This document shows, piece by piece, positions 19,814 through 28,022 of a stretch of DNA of 45,758 nt. Source of the DNA: a bacterium (lineage in GTDB: Bacteria; UBP18; UBA7526); the NCBI GenBank assembly GCA_030616365.1, contig JAUWXM010000002.1, positions 1 through 45,758 of the forward strand, read 5' to 3'. Every line of letters starts with the position of its first letter. Position 1 is the stretch's first letter. Under the pieces are notes generated by a model, which saw only the letters and a program-made list of their open reading frames with translations, was not told the origin of the DNA and ran no database searches. The translations under genes were made by a program, and so were the position numbers.

Positions 19814-20839
19814 ATGTCAAAGTATTATTTTATTGCCTTTTTATCTTCTCTTATCTTAGCCTTTCTATTGACTCCTCTGGTCAGGAGGATGGCCTTTAGA
19901 TTTGATATTCTGGATCATCCCCGGGCACCGGTAAAGGTTCATAAGGAACCGGTTCCCTACCTGGGAGGAGTAGCCATTTTCCTCGCCTTTCTGATTCCGG
20001 TAATAGCCGGATTCTTTCTTCTCAACATTCCGGAAGAAGGGAAGCCGCAACTGCTGGGCATTCTTTTAGGGGGGACGATAATCATTGCCTTGGGCTTAGC
20101 CGATGATCTGCAGGGCCTCTCCGCCAGGACGAAACTCTTCGTAGAAAGCCTGGCAGCCATAGTTTTAATTATGTTTGGTGTAAGGCTTAAGTTCCTACCC
20201 TTCTGGCCCAGCATTCCTCTAACTATACTCTGGGTAGTGGGAATCATCAATGCCTTCAATATTATCGATATTATGGATGGTCTATCGAGCGGGGTGGTCT
20301 TCATTGCCTCTTTAGCCTTAATTGCTATCGCCCTACCTGGTAATCAGGTCTTTGTTATCTTAGCCTGCGTTGCCCTGGCTGGTGCTTCTTTAGGATTCTT
20401 AAGATATAATTTCTTTCCGGCAAAGATCTATATGGGGGATGCGGGAAGCCTATTCTTAGGATTTACCATGGCTGCCCTGGCTATCGGGACGAGTTATACC
20501 GCAGTAAATAGAATTGCCCTCTTCGCCCCCATCCTCATTTTAGGGATCCCCATCTACGATGCCTTCCTGGTCACCACCTTACGAACAAAGAAAGGTCGAT
20601 CTATCTTGCGGGCGAGCAATGACCACTTTGCTCTTCGCTTGGTGGCCTTTGGATTAAGTCGGAAGAAGACAGTCCTGATTGTCTATCTAATAAGTATCTT
20701 GTTAGCCATCGCCGGAATAATTGTCACTCTGGTAGAAATTAAATGGGCTATTTTTATCTATTGCTTAGTTATCTTAATCTCCTTTTTAGTTGGCCATCGA
20801 TTGGCTCAAATTGAGATGAGAGAAGAGATCCATGGTTGA
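19814..20839 (+). CDS. Undecaprenyl-phosphate HexNAc-1-phosphate transferase (MraY/WecA family)
   Basis: About 10 transmembrane helices, with ALGLADDL, NAFNIIDIMDGL, FFPAKIYMGDAGSLFLGF and NDHFALRL. ATG at 19814 (TAAAATG). Confidence 0.85.
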   Translation: MSKYYFIAFLSSLILAFLLTPLVRRMAFRFDILDHPRAPVKVHKEPVPYLGGVAIFLAFLIPVIAGFFLLNIPEEGKPQLLGILLGGTIIIALGLADDLQGLSARTKLFVESLAAIVLIMFGVRLKFLPFWPSIPLTILWVVGIINAFNIIDIMDGLSSGVVFIASLALIAIALPGNQVFVILACVALAGASLGFLRYNFFPAKIYMGDAGSLFLGFTMAALAIGTSYTAVNRIALFAPILILGIPIYDAFLVTTLRTKKGRSILRASNDHFALRLVAFGLSRKKTVLIVYLISILLAIAGIIVTLVEIKWAIFIYCLVILISFLVGHRLAQIEMREEIHG

Positions 20840-22139
20840 GGTAATTATCTTAGGTGCCGGGCTTTCTGGCTTAACTTGCGCCTATTATTTAAGAAAAGAT
20901 TATTCCATATTTGAGAAAGAATCGAAAGTGGGAGGATTGTGCCGTTCAGAGAGAATAGACGGCTTTACTTTTGACTATACTGGGCACTTACTCCATCTTA
21001 AAAAAGACGAGAATAAAAGACTGGTCAGGAAACTTTTAGGGAAAAATCTCTTTCTTCAGAAGCGAAAAGCCTGGATTTATTCTAAGGGAATCTATACCAA
21101 GTATCCCTTTCAGGCCAACATCTATGGATTACCCGAAGAGGTTATAAAGGAGTGTATCAGTGGCCTCCGAGAAGCTAGGACTAACCGTAAACGGTACACC
21201 GTAAACCGTAAACCCGTTGATTTCAAAGAGTGGATCTATAGAAACTTTGGAAGGGGCTATGCTAAGCACTTCATGATTCCCTATAACGAGAAGTTATGGA
21301 CCGTTCCCTTAGAAGAGATGTCCACAGAGTGGACCAAGAGGTTTATCCCCATTCCTACATTGAAGGAGGCATTAGCTGGGGCAAGGGGAAGGCAGGAGAA
21401 GGACTTTGGTTATAATATCCGATTCTATTATCCCTTAAAGGGGGGGATAGAAAAACTGCCCAAATCCTTCCTCTCACATATTAAGAGAGTGAATTTAAAA
21501 ACAGAAGCGACCAGAATCTTGTTTAAAGATAAAAAGATTAAATTAAGTAATGGCAGAGAGATAAGATACCAAAAATTGGTGTCTACCATTCCTTTACCAG
21601 AACTGATAAGAATTATTGACCGAGTTCCAGGAGAGGTTAGTAAGGCTTCTAAGCGTTTAAGATATATTTCAGTCTTTAATCTAAATCTGGGAATTGAGCG
21701 AGAAAATATATCAGATAAGCACTGGCTTTACTTTCCAGAAAAAGAATTCGCTTTCTATCGGGTGGGCTTTACCTCCAACTTTTCTCCCTATCTCGCCCCT
21801 AAAGGAACGAGTTCTATCTATACCGAAGTCTCCTATTCTAAAGATAGACCTCTTGATAAGAAGAAAATAGTAAAGAAGGTAACCGAGGATTTAATAAAGG
21901 CAGGCATTATTACTTCCCGGGATAGAATTCTGGCAAAACTTGCCTTAGATATCAAATATGCCTATCCTCTCTATGATCATGACTACAGAGAGAGTGTGGC
22001 TATCGTTCAAAGATTTTTAAGAAAGAATAATATCTATTCCCTAGGAAGGTTTGGCTCCTGGGAGTATCTCTCCATGGAAGATGTCATTAATCAAGGTAGA
22101 GAAACAGCCCAACTAATCAGTAAGCAAGTAGGAAAGTAG
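20832..22139 (+). CDS. FAD-dependent oxidoreductase (amine oxidase / HemY / UDP-galactopyranose-mutase-like fold)
   Basis: N-terminal dinucleotide fold VIILGAGLSGLTCAYYL...FEKESKVGG, and C-terminal GRFGSWEY. The specific function cannot be resolved by eye. Confidence 0.6.
   Translation: MVEVIILGAGLSGLTCAYYLRKDYSIFEKESKVGGLCRSERIDGFTFDYTGHLLHLKKDENKRLVRKLLGKNLFLQKRKAWIYSKGIYTKYPFQANIYGLPEEVIKECISGLREARTNRKRYTVNRKPVDFKEWIYRNFGRGYAKHFMIPYNEKLWTVPLEEMSTEWTKRFIPIPTLKEALAGARGRQEKDFGYNIRFYYPLKGGIEKLPKSFLSHIKRVNLKTEATRILFKDKKIKLSNGREIRYQKLVSTIPLPELIRIIDRVPGEVSKASKRLRYISVFNLNLGIERENISDKHWLYFPEKEFAFYRVGFTSNFSPYLAPKGTSSIYTEVSYSKDRPLDKKKIVKKVTEDLIKAGIITSRDRILAKLALDIKYAYPLYDHDYRESVAIVQRFLRKNNIYSLGRFGSWEYLSMEDVINQGRETAQLISKQVGK
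21184..21218 (+). repeat. Five tandem heptamers inside the oxidoreductase CDS
   Basis: The units read directly as accgtaa acggtac accgtaa accgtaa acccgtt. They encode TNRKRYTVNRKPV. Confidence 0.8.
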
Positions 22140-22158
22140 GAAAGTAAAAAAGTAAAAA
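22119..22158 (+). repeat. Five tandem octamers of AGTA-NNN-A type
   Basis: The units read directly as agtaagca agtaggaa agtaggaa agtaaaaa agtaaaaa. The array covers the last codons and stop of the oxidoreductase and runs into the RBS region of the next gene. Confidence 0.8.
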
Positions 22159-22169
22159 GAGGTTAGATT

Positions 22170-23114
22170 ATGAAGGTTTTAGTAACGGGAGTGGCGGGGT
22201 TCATCGGTTCCCACTTAGCAGAAGGATTATTAAAATTAGGATGGGAAGTAAAGGGGATCGATTCTTTTACTGACTATTATTCTCGCAAGATTAAAGAGAA
22301 TAATCTAAAAAACCTTAAAGAGAATAAAAATTTCTCTTTTGTAGAAGGCGATCTCTTAGAAATAGACCTGAAGAAAATCTTGGAAGGGGTTGCTTATCTC
22401 TTCCATGAAGCCGCCCAACCGGGAGTAAGAGAAAGCTGGGGGAAGCGTTTTGGGCTCTATATCCAAAATAATATTACGGTAACGCAAAGACTATTGGAAG
22501 AAACAAAGAAATTTCCCTTGAAGAAATTCATCTTAGCTTCCTCTTCCTCCGTTTATGGAGAGAGCCCCTTACCTACGAGGGAGGATAATATTTTAAAACC
22601 CGTATCCCCTTACGGAGTTACCAAATTGGCCTCGGAAAATCTGGGCTACCTTTACTATAAGTCTTTTGAAGTGCCGGTGATTGCTTTACGCTACTTCACA
22701 TTATATGGTCCGAGGCAGAGACCGGATATGGCCTTCCACAAATTCATTAAGGCCTTATTGAACGATGAAGAGATTACTATCTATGGGGATGGGAATCAGA
22801 CCCGGGACTTTACCTATATCGCTGATACTGTAGAGGCGACCATAAAGGCAGCCCAAAGTAAAGTAGCTGGAGAGATAATAAATATCGGGGGAGGAGCACA
22901 AGTCACCGTAAATGAAACCTTAAGAATATTGGAAGAGATTACCAGAAAGAAAGCAAGGATAAGATATATCGAGAAGCAAAAGGGAGATGTGCTACATACC
23001 TTTGCCGATATATCAAAGGCGAAGAGATTATTGAACTATCAGCCCAAGGTAAAGTTAAGAGAAGGTCTGGAGAAAGAAGTAGCCTGGCTTGCAACCGCCA
23101 AAGCGCAAAAGTAA
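22170..23114 (+). CDS. NAD-dependent nucleotide-sugar epimerase/dehydratase (extended SDR)
   Basis: VTGVAGFIGSHL, SSSSVYG and the catalytic YGVTK. 314 aa. It resembles UDP-glucuronate or UDP-hexose 4-epimerases. Confidence 0.85.
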   Translation: MKVLVTGVAGFIGSHLAEGLLKLGWEVKGIDSFTDYYSRKIKENNLKNLKENKNFSFVEGDLLEIDLKKILEGVAYLFHEAAQPGVRESWGKRFGLYIQNNITVTQRLLEETKKFPLKKFILASSSSVYGESPLPTREDNILKPVSPYGVTKLASENLGYLYYKSFEVPVIALRYFTLYGPRQRPDMAFHKFIKALLNDEEITIYGDGNQTRDFTYIADTVEATIKAAQSKVAGEIINIGGGAQVTVNETLRILEEITRKKARIRYIEKQKGDVLHTFADISKAKRLLNYQPKVKLREGLEKEVAWLATAKAQK

Positions 23115-23136
23115 AAGTAAAAACGCAGAGAATATT

Positions 23137-24306
23137 ATGAGAAAGTTAAATGTTCTGCATGCCATTACTAAGTTGGAACTGGGTGGAGCGCAGGAGAATA
23201 CCCTCTATACTCTTCAGAACCTAAATCGGGAGAGATATAACCTTTTCTTAGCCGCCAATGATGAGGGAATTCTAATAAAGAAGGCGAGAGAATTAAAGGA
23301 TGCAAAAGCATTCTTTATTTCAGAGCTCATACGCCCCCTCAATCCCTTGAAGGATTTAATTGCTTTGATTAAACTAGTTCACTTTTGTAAAAGAGAAAAA
23401 ATAGACATCATCCATACTCATTCCTCAAAGGCCGGGATCCTGGGGAGGTGGGCAGCCCGGTTAGCCAGGGTACCGATCATTACTCATACCATTCATGGCT
23501 GGGGCTTCTATCCCAAGCAGAATCTCTTGAAGAAGAAACTCTTCATTCTCCTGGAGAAGATAACAGCTAAAATTACGGATAGATTGGTTGCTGTCTCCCG
23601 AGCAAATATTGAGACTGGGATAGAGAATAGAATTGGAAGGAAAGAAAAGTATACTCTTATCCGAAGTGGAATAAAACCATCCCGATTCCAGAATATGGAA
23701 GTGGATATTGGGGAAAAAAGGAAGGGGTTGAGTCTTGAGGAGGATACTAAAGTAGTGGCCATGATCGCCCCCCTCAAGCCCCAGAAGGCCCCTCTGGACT
23801 TTGTTAAAGTGGCCAATCAAGTAATAAAGAAGAAGCCCAAAACTCAATTCCTTTTAATCGGGGATGGGGAATTGAGGCCAGAGATTGAAGAGTTAATAAA
23901 GGAACTCAATTTAGAGAAGAAGGTAATCCTCACTGGCTGGAGAAGAGATATTCCCCAGATTTTAAGAATTGCAGATATCTTAGTCTTAACCTCTCGCTGG
24001 GAGGGCCTTCCCCGAGTCTTTCCCGAAGCCATGGCGAGTGAGTTGCCCATCGTTGCTACTAAAGTAGATGGCGCCCCAGAGGCCATAGAAGAAGGAATAA
24101 ATGGATTCTTAGTCTCTGTGGGAGAGATCAGGGGCATGGCAGAGAAGATAATCACTCTGTTAGATAATCCCGAAATGGCAAAGGAGATGGGAAGGAGGGG
24201 AAAGGAGAGGGCCTTCCCAGAGTTTGATATCGATTTAATGGTTAAAAAGATCGATGATCTCTATCAAGAACTAATTAGGAGTAAAAGACTTAGATGCAAA
24301 GATTAG
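23137..24306 (+). CDS. Glycosyltransferase, GT4
   Basis: LELGGAQEN at the N-terminus and WEGLPRVFPEAMASELPIVATKVDGAPE at the C-terminus. The ATG at 23137 is preferred over the TTG at 23089, which would overlap the epimerase. Confidence 0.85.
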   Translation: MRKLNVLHAITKLELGGAQENTLYTLQNLNRERYNLFLAANDEGILIKKARELKDAKAFFISELIRPLNPLKDLIALIKLVHFCKREKIDIIHTHSSKAGILGRWAARLARVPIITHTIHGWGFYPKQNLLKKKLFILLEKITAKITDRLVAVSRANIETGIENRIGRKEKYTLIRSGIKPSRFQNMEVDIGEKRKGLSLEEDTKVVAMIAPLKPQKAPLDFVKVANQVIKKKPKTQFLLIGDGELRPEIEELIKELNLEKKVILTGWRRDIPQILRIADILVLTSRWEGLPRVFPEAMASELPIVATKVDGAPEAIEEGINGFLVSVGEIRGMAEKIITLLDNPEMAKEMGRRGKERAFPEFDIDLMVKKIDDLYQELIRSKRLRCKD

Positions 24307-25361
24307 AAAGATTGAGAGAGAGGATGGTCGAAAAGAAGATCCCCGCTCTCCTATTAACCAATCCCGTAAACATAGGTTATCTAAGTGGCTTCGTTGGTTC
24401 TGAGGATGCCGTCTTAATCACTCTGAAGAAAGCAACGCTCTTCACCGACTTCCGCTATCTGGGAGAGGCAAAGAAAAAGGTAATTAAATTCCAGATAAAA
24501 AAGAGAAAAGGCCCACTCCTCAAGGCCTTAGCCCCTGTCCTGAATAAGCCAAAGATTAAAAAATTAGGATTTGAGGCAGAGCATCTATCCTATTCTCGCT
24601 ATCGTCTTTTTTCTAAAAATCTAAAGGGAATCAGATTAATCCCCACCAAGGGATTGGTAGAGAACCTTCGCCGTATTAAAGATCAGGGAGAGATTAAATC
24701 AATCAAGAAAGCAATTAGAATTACCGAAAATGCTTTAGCTAACACGCTAAAGAAAATAAGAAATTCCATGAAAGAAAGAGAACTTTCTGCTCTCTTAGAA
24801 TATGAACTAAGGAAGGCTGGAGCAGAGGGAAGAGCCTTTCCTCCCATAGTCGCCTTTGGTAAGAGGACTTCTTATCCCCACAGTAAACCCTCTTCAGCGA
24901 AACTGAAGAAAGGGAATGTGGTCAAGATAGATTGTGGAGCAATTTATCAAGGATACGTTTCTGATCTTACCCGTACCTTTGTCTTGGGGAGGGCAACTAA
25001 AAAGCAGAAGAGAATTTACTCCCTTCTTTATCAAGCACAGAGTGCGGCCATAGAGAAGATTAATCCGGGAATAGAATGTTCCCGAATAGATAGCGTAGCC
25101 CGGGATATAATCACCAGGGAAGGTTATGGAAAGTTCTTCGGCCATGGACTGGGTCATGGAATAGGGAGGGAAGTACATGAAGGACCCTATCTGAAATCAG
25201 GAGATCATACCCTTCTTGAACCAGGAATGGTTTTGACAGTAGAGCCGGGGATCTACATCCCAGGATGGGGTGGAATGAGAATTGAGGACATAATCCTAGT
25301 TACTGAGAGGAGATGCGAAATATTGAGTAGACGAGCCCCAAAAGAATTACCAGAACTATAA
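24294..25361 (+). CDS. pepP: Xaa-Pro aminopeptidase (M24B)
   Basis: Pita-bread fold metal ligands VKIDCGAIYQGYVSDLTRT, GHGLGHGIGREVHE and TVEPGIY...RIED. Confidence 0.85.
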   Translation: MQRLERLRERMVEKKIPALLLTNPVNIGYLSGFVGSEDAVLITLKKATLFTDFRYLGEAKKKVIKFQIKKRKGPLLKALAPVLNKPKIKKLGFEAEHLSYSRYRLFSKNLKGIRLIPTKGLVENLRRIKDQGEIKSIKKAIRITENALANTLKKIRNSMKERELSALLEYELRKAGAEGRAFPPIVAFGKRTSYPHSKPSSAKLKKGNVVKIDCGAIYQGYVSDLTRTFVLGRATKKQKRIYSLLYQAQSAAIEKINPGIECSRIDSVARDIITREGYGKFFGHGLGHGIGREVHEGPYLKSGDHTLLEPGMVLTVEPGIYIPGWGGMRIEDIILVTERRCEILSRRAPKELPEL

Positions 25362-25376
25362 AGGCGGAAGGCAGAG

Positions 25377-25934
25377 ATGATCTCCACAAAGGATTTTAAA
25401 AGAGGAATGGCCATCATTGTAGATGGCCAGATTCATCTCATCCTCTGGTTCCAGCATCATAAGCCGGGCAAGGGTGGGGCAGTGATGCGCACCAAACTCA
25501 AGAATCTTGCTGTGGGAAGCATTATAGATCGAACATTTAGAGCAGGTACCAAGTTTGAAGAGGCACGTTTAATAAAGAAGAAGATGGAGTATCTTTATAA
25601 AGAAGGCGGGAGCCTGGTCTTCATGGATGATAAGACATACGAACAAGTAATCCTGAAAGCCTCTCAGGTAGGGGAGGGGATTCACTTCTTAAAAGAGAAC
25701 ACCAAGGTCGAACTTTTAACCCATAAGGGAAGGATCCTGGGGGTGGAACTGCCTATTACTGTCTCTTTAAAGGTCACTCATACTGAACCAGGGTTAAAGG
25801 GAGATCGGGCAACCTCGGGCACAAAACCGGCTACCTTGGAAACCGGTGCTATAATTCAGGTCCCGCTATTTATAAATGTTGGTGATATCATTAAGGTAGA
25901 TACCAGAACCGGAGAGTATTTGGAGAGGGCCTAG
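25377..25934 (+). CDS. efp: Translation elongation factor P
   Basis: HHKPGKGGAVMRTKLKNL loop and TEPGLKGD...KPATLETGA. 185 aa. Confidence 0.95.
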   Translation: MISTKDFKRGMAIIVDGQIHLILWFQHHKPGKGGAVMRTKLKNLAVGSIIDRTFRAGTKFEEARLIKKKMEYLYKEGGSLVFMDDKTYEQVILKASQVGEGIHFLKENTKVELLTHKGRILGVELPITVSLKVTHTEPGLKGDRATSGTKPATLETGAIIQVPLFINVGDIIKVDTRTGEYLERA

Positions 25935-27214
25935 AACTCGTTCTTCAGGAAGGAGTAGTGGCGGCGGGGCTCCTTCACCATTAAAATCAAAATAGCCAGG
26001 CTGATGAAGGCCACAAGAGCCGTCAGGCCAAAGACGAAGCGATAACCTATTCTATCTATTAAGAGGCCACCCAGAAGGGGAGCAATGGTTAAGGGAAGGG
26101 CGAGCAGGGTATGGCCTAATCCGATGTAGGTGGGCCTTTCTTCAGGTGGGGAAAACTCCAAGACGATATTCATATATCCCAGCATGACGGCACTCATATA
26201 GAAACCCAGGAGAATGAAGACAAGCAAGTAGAGTCCAATACTTCCGGCAAGAAGGGCCAGAACCGCTGCCGAACCAGCAAATAGAGCGCTTAAGACCATC
26301 ACCCCCTTATAACCCCGCCTATCTCCTAAATATCCCCAGAGAATAAAGGTTATCGTCTGGGCCCCTAAGAGTAAGGCAGTAAATATTCCTATCCATCCCT
26401 CCGGGGCTTTTAACTTCTCAATAGCATAGAGGGCATAGAAGGGAGTGGCCATGCCTACAAAGCAGAGGACAATATTGGCTAAAAGACAATAGGAGTAATT
26501 TTTATTCCCCTTTAAAATCCTTCCTAACCCCTTGAAATATTTTCCCCAGGCCACTCTCTTTTTAACTACAGGATAAGCGGGTTCTCTATAGAAAGAAAAA
26601 ACGGTCAGAGAAATTGAGGTCATAAGAAAGGCCAGCAGGAAGCAGAGAGAGAAGTTGTTGGGGAAGGGAAGATGGCCCAAGATACGACCCGCTATTAAGG
26701 CCCCCACTATTCCCAGAATGCCTCCCGCAAAGCGATTGAACCCCAGAACCCGGCCCCTCTTCTTGGGCAGGAGGATCTTCCCGATCAAATCAAGCCAGGG
26801 GACGAAGTTAAATCCTCCCGCAAGGGCATGGCATCCATAGAAAACGAAGAAGAGAAGGAGACCTGCCAGAGAACCTTTCCTTATAAAAAAATAGGTAGCC
26901 AAGGCTAAGAATAACCAGGGGAGGCGCTGCCCTATTCCTACCAAAAAGACCAGCCTCTTCTTGCGCGCTAGGGGTTCTACCAGGCGAGCAGAGATGATCT
27001 GGGGACCAAAAAAGCCCAGCATCCATAAGGCAGAAGCTAGGCCCACCACAGACTTATAGGGGGTTAATTTGCTGATGAACAGGGGGAGGATAGTGATCTC
27101 AAAGACGAACCCCAGTCCGAAGAAGAAGAAAGCCCCATCCAGAATGGTAACTACGGTATTCCATCTATGATTCTTGGTGATTTCCTTCTTCCATTCCTTT
27201 AGTTTATCATTCAT
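25931..27214 (-). CDS. MFS transporter
   Basis: 12 predicted hydrophobic helices, with the loop motif LARKKRLVFL and G-rich helices. The ATG at 27214 follows AAGGAGG. The longer TTG start at 27262 would overlap the divergent thi promoter. Confidence 0.8.
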   Translation of the reverse strand: MNDKLKEWKKEITKNHRWNTVVTILDGAFFFFGLGFVFEITILPLFISKLTPYKSVVGLASALWMLGFFGPQIISARLVEPLARKKRLVFLVGIGQRLPWLFLALATYFFIRKGSLAGLLLFFVFYGCHALAGGFNFVPWLDLIGKILLPKKRGRVLGFNRFAGGILGIVGALIAGRILGHLPFPNNFSLCFLLAFLMTSISLTVFSFYREPAYPVVKKRVAWGKYFKGLGRILKGNKNYSYCLLANIVLCFVGMATPFYALYAIEKLKAPEGWIGIFTALLLGAQTITFILWGYLGDRRGYKGVMVLSALFAGSAAVLALLAGSIGLYLLVFILLGFYMSAVMLGYMNIVLEFSPPEERPTYIGLGHTLLALPLTIAPLLGGLLIDRIGYRFVFGLTALVAFISLAILILMVKEPRRHYSFLKNEF

Positions 27215-27255
27215 ACTATCTGCCTCCTTGTCTATTCTAACCCCTTTTCTTCTGT

Positions 27256-27284
27256 TTGACAAGGATAATTTATTATGGTATACT
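27256..27284 (+). promoter_or_regulatory. Sigma70-like promoter of the thi operon
   Basis: TTGACA (27256-27261), a 17-nt spacer, then TATACT (27279-27284). It lies immediately upstream of the riboswitch. Confidence 0.55.
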
Positions 27285-27290
27285 CAATAA

Positions 27291-27444
27291 GCCACGGGGG
27301 AGCTTTTGCCCCGTTAGAAGTCCCCGATGTTTACATCGGGGCGATCGCCATAGGCGCCCTACCTCTAACGGGGTTTGCTGAGATCCCCGATTTATCGAGG
27401 AAACCCCTGGAACCTGTTGGGTAATTCCAGCGGAGGGAAGTGGT
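27291..27444 (+). promoter_or_regulatory. TPP (THI-box) riboswitch aptamer
   Basis: P1 is GCCAC/GTGGT, followed by GGGGGAGC. CTGAGA lies at 27378-27383, then AACCCC, then ACCTG..GGTAAT.CCAGCG.AGGGAAG. It is upstream of thiE/thiC. P3 is unusually long (10-bp stem 27309-27318 / 27364-27373), and an extra hairpin follows CTGAGA. Confidence 0.85.
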
Positions 27445-27446
27445 AC

Positions 27447-27493
27447 GCCGTGAATTCCTTTGCTGGATTCCTAAAGGGGTTTACGGCTTTTTT
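27447..27493 (+). terminator. Intrinsic terminator (riboswitch expression platform)
   Basis: A 15-bp stem pairs 27447-27461 with 27473-27487 (3 G-U pairs) around an 11-nt loop, followed by T6 (27488-27493). CCGTG at 27448-27452 can alternatively pair with CACGG at 27293-27297. Confidence 0.7.
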
Positions 27494-27596
27494 ATACGCT
27501 GATGCCGGATGCGCTTCGCTGGCATCCGAGAGAGCGTGAATATCAAGCAATGACCGCAGATCTAAGCGCAGATTAACGCAGATAGAGAGGGGAAAA

Positions 27597-28022
27597 GTGA
27601 AGGAAGAAATTTATCGTATATTCGATGCCAATATCAATCGGGCGAGAGAGGGATTGCGGGTCTGTGAGGAGGTGGCCCGGTTCATCCTTTGTGATGAGAA
27701 ACTGACTAAGAAACTCAAAGGTATTCGTCACCAGGTAACAAAGATTATCCAAAGCCTAAAGATTGACACTAAAAGATTATTTGCCATTCGTGATGTCCAA
27801 AAGGACGTGGGGGCCAGAACCTATCCCAGGAGTGAAGGAAGAAGAAAAAGCTACCAGGACATCGTTACCTCTAATATGAAACGGGCGGAAGAATCCCTGA
27901 GGGTCTTAGAGGAGTTTACTAAAAAGATCAATCCTTCTGCAGGAGCAAGGTTTAAAAAACTACGCTTTCAAGCCTACGATCTAGAAAGGGAATTGTTGGA
28001 AGGGTTAGAAGAAATAAAATGA
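27597..28022 (+). CDS. ThiE-associated conserved domain protein (ThiD2-like)
   Basis: DANINRAREGLRVCEEVARF...RAEESLRVLEEF is a duplicated helical motif that I recall from domains fused to or adjacent to thiamine-phosphate synthases. GTG start. The stop overlaps thiE (ATGA). Confidence 0.5.
   Translation: MKEEIYRIFDANINRAREGLRVCEEVARFILCDEKLTKKLKGIRHQVTKIIQSLKIDTKRLFAIRDVQKDVGARTYPRSEGRRKSYQDIVTSNMKRAEESLRVLEEFTKKINPSAGARFKKLRFQAYDLERELLEGLEEIK

Noticed and set aside
25931-25934. Convergent efp and MFS genes share the palindromic CTAG, so the two stop codons overlap and there is no intervening terminator
   Set aside because: This is real but probably just compact-genome packing. No additional structure was seen that would suggest a regulatory role.
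27215-27262. A longer N-terminus for the MFS transporter (TTG at 27262). The same question arises for the upstream extensions listed for apt (31622), the heparinase-like gene (11105), a GT4 (23089), the lipoprotein (18727) and the HTH gene (33565).
   Set aside because: In each case an internal ATG with a much better Shine-Dalgarno sequence exists. The extension would overlap a promoter, terminator hairpins or the preceding gene.
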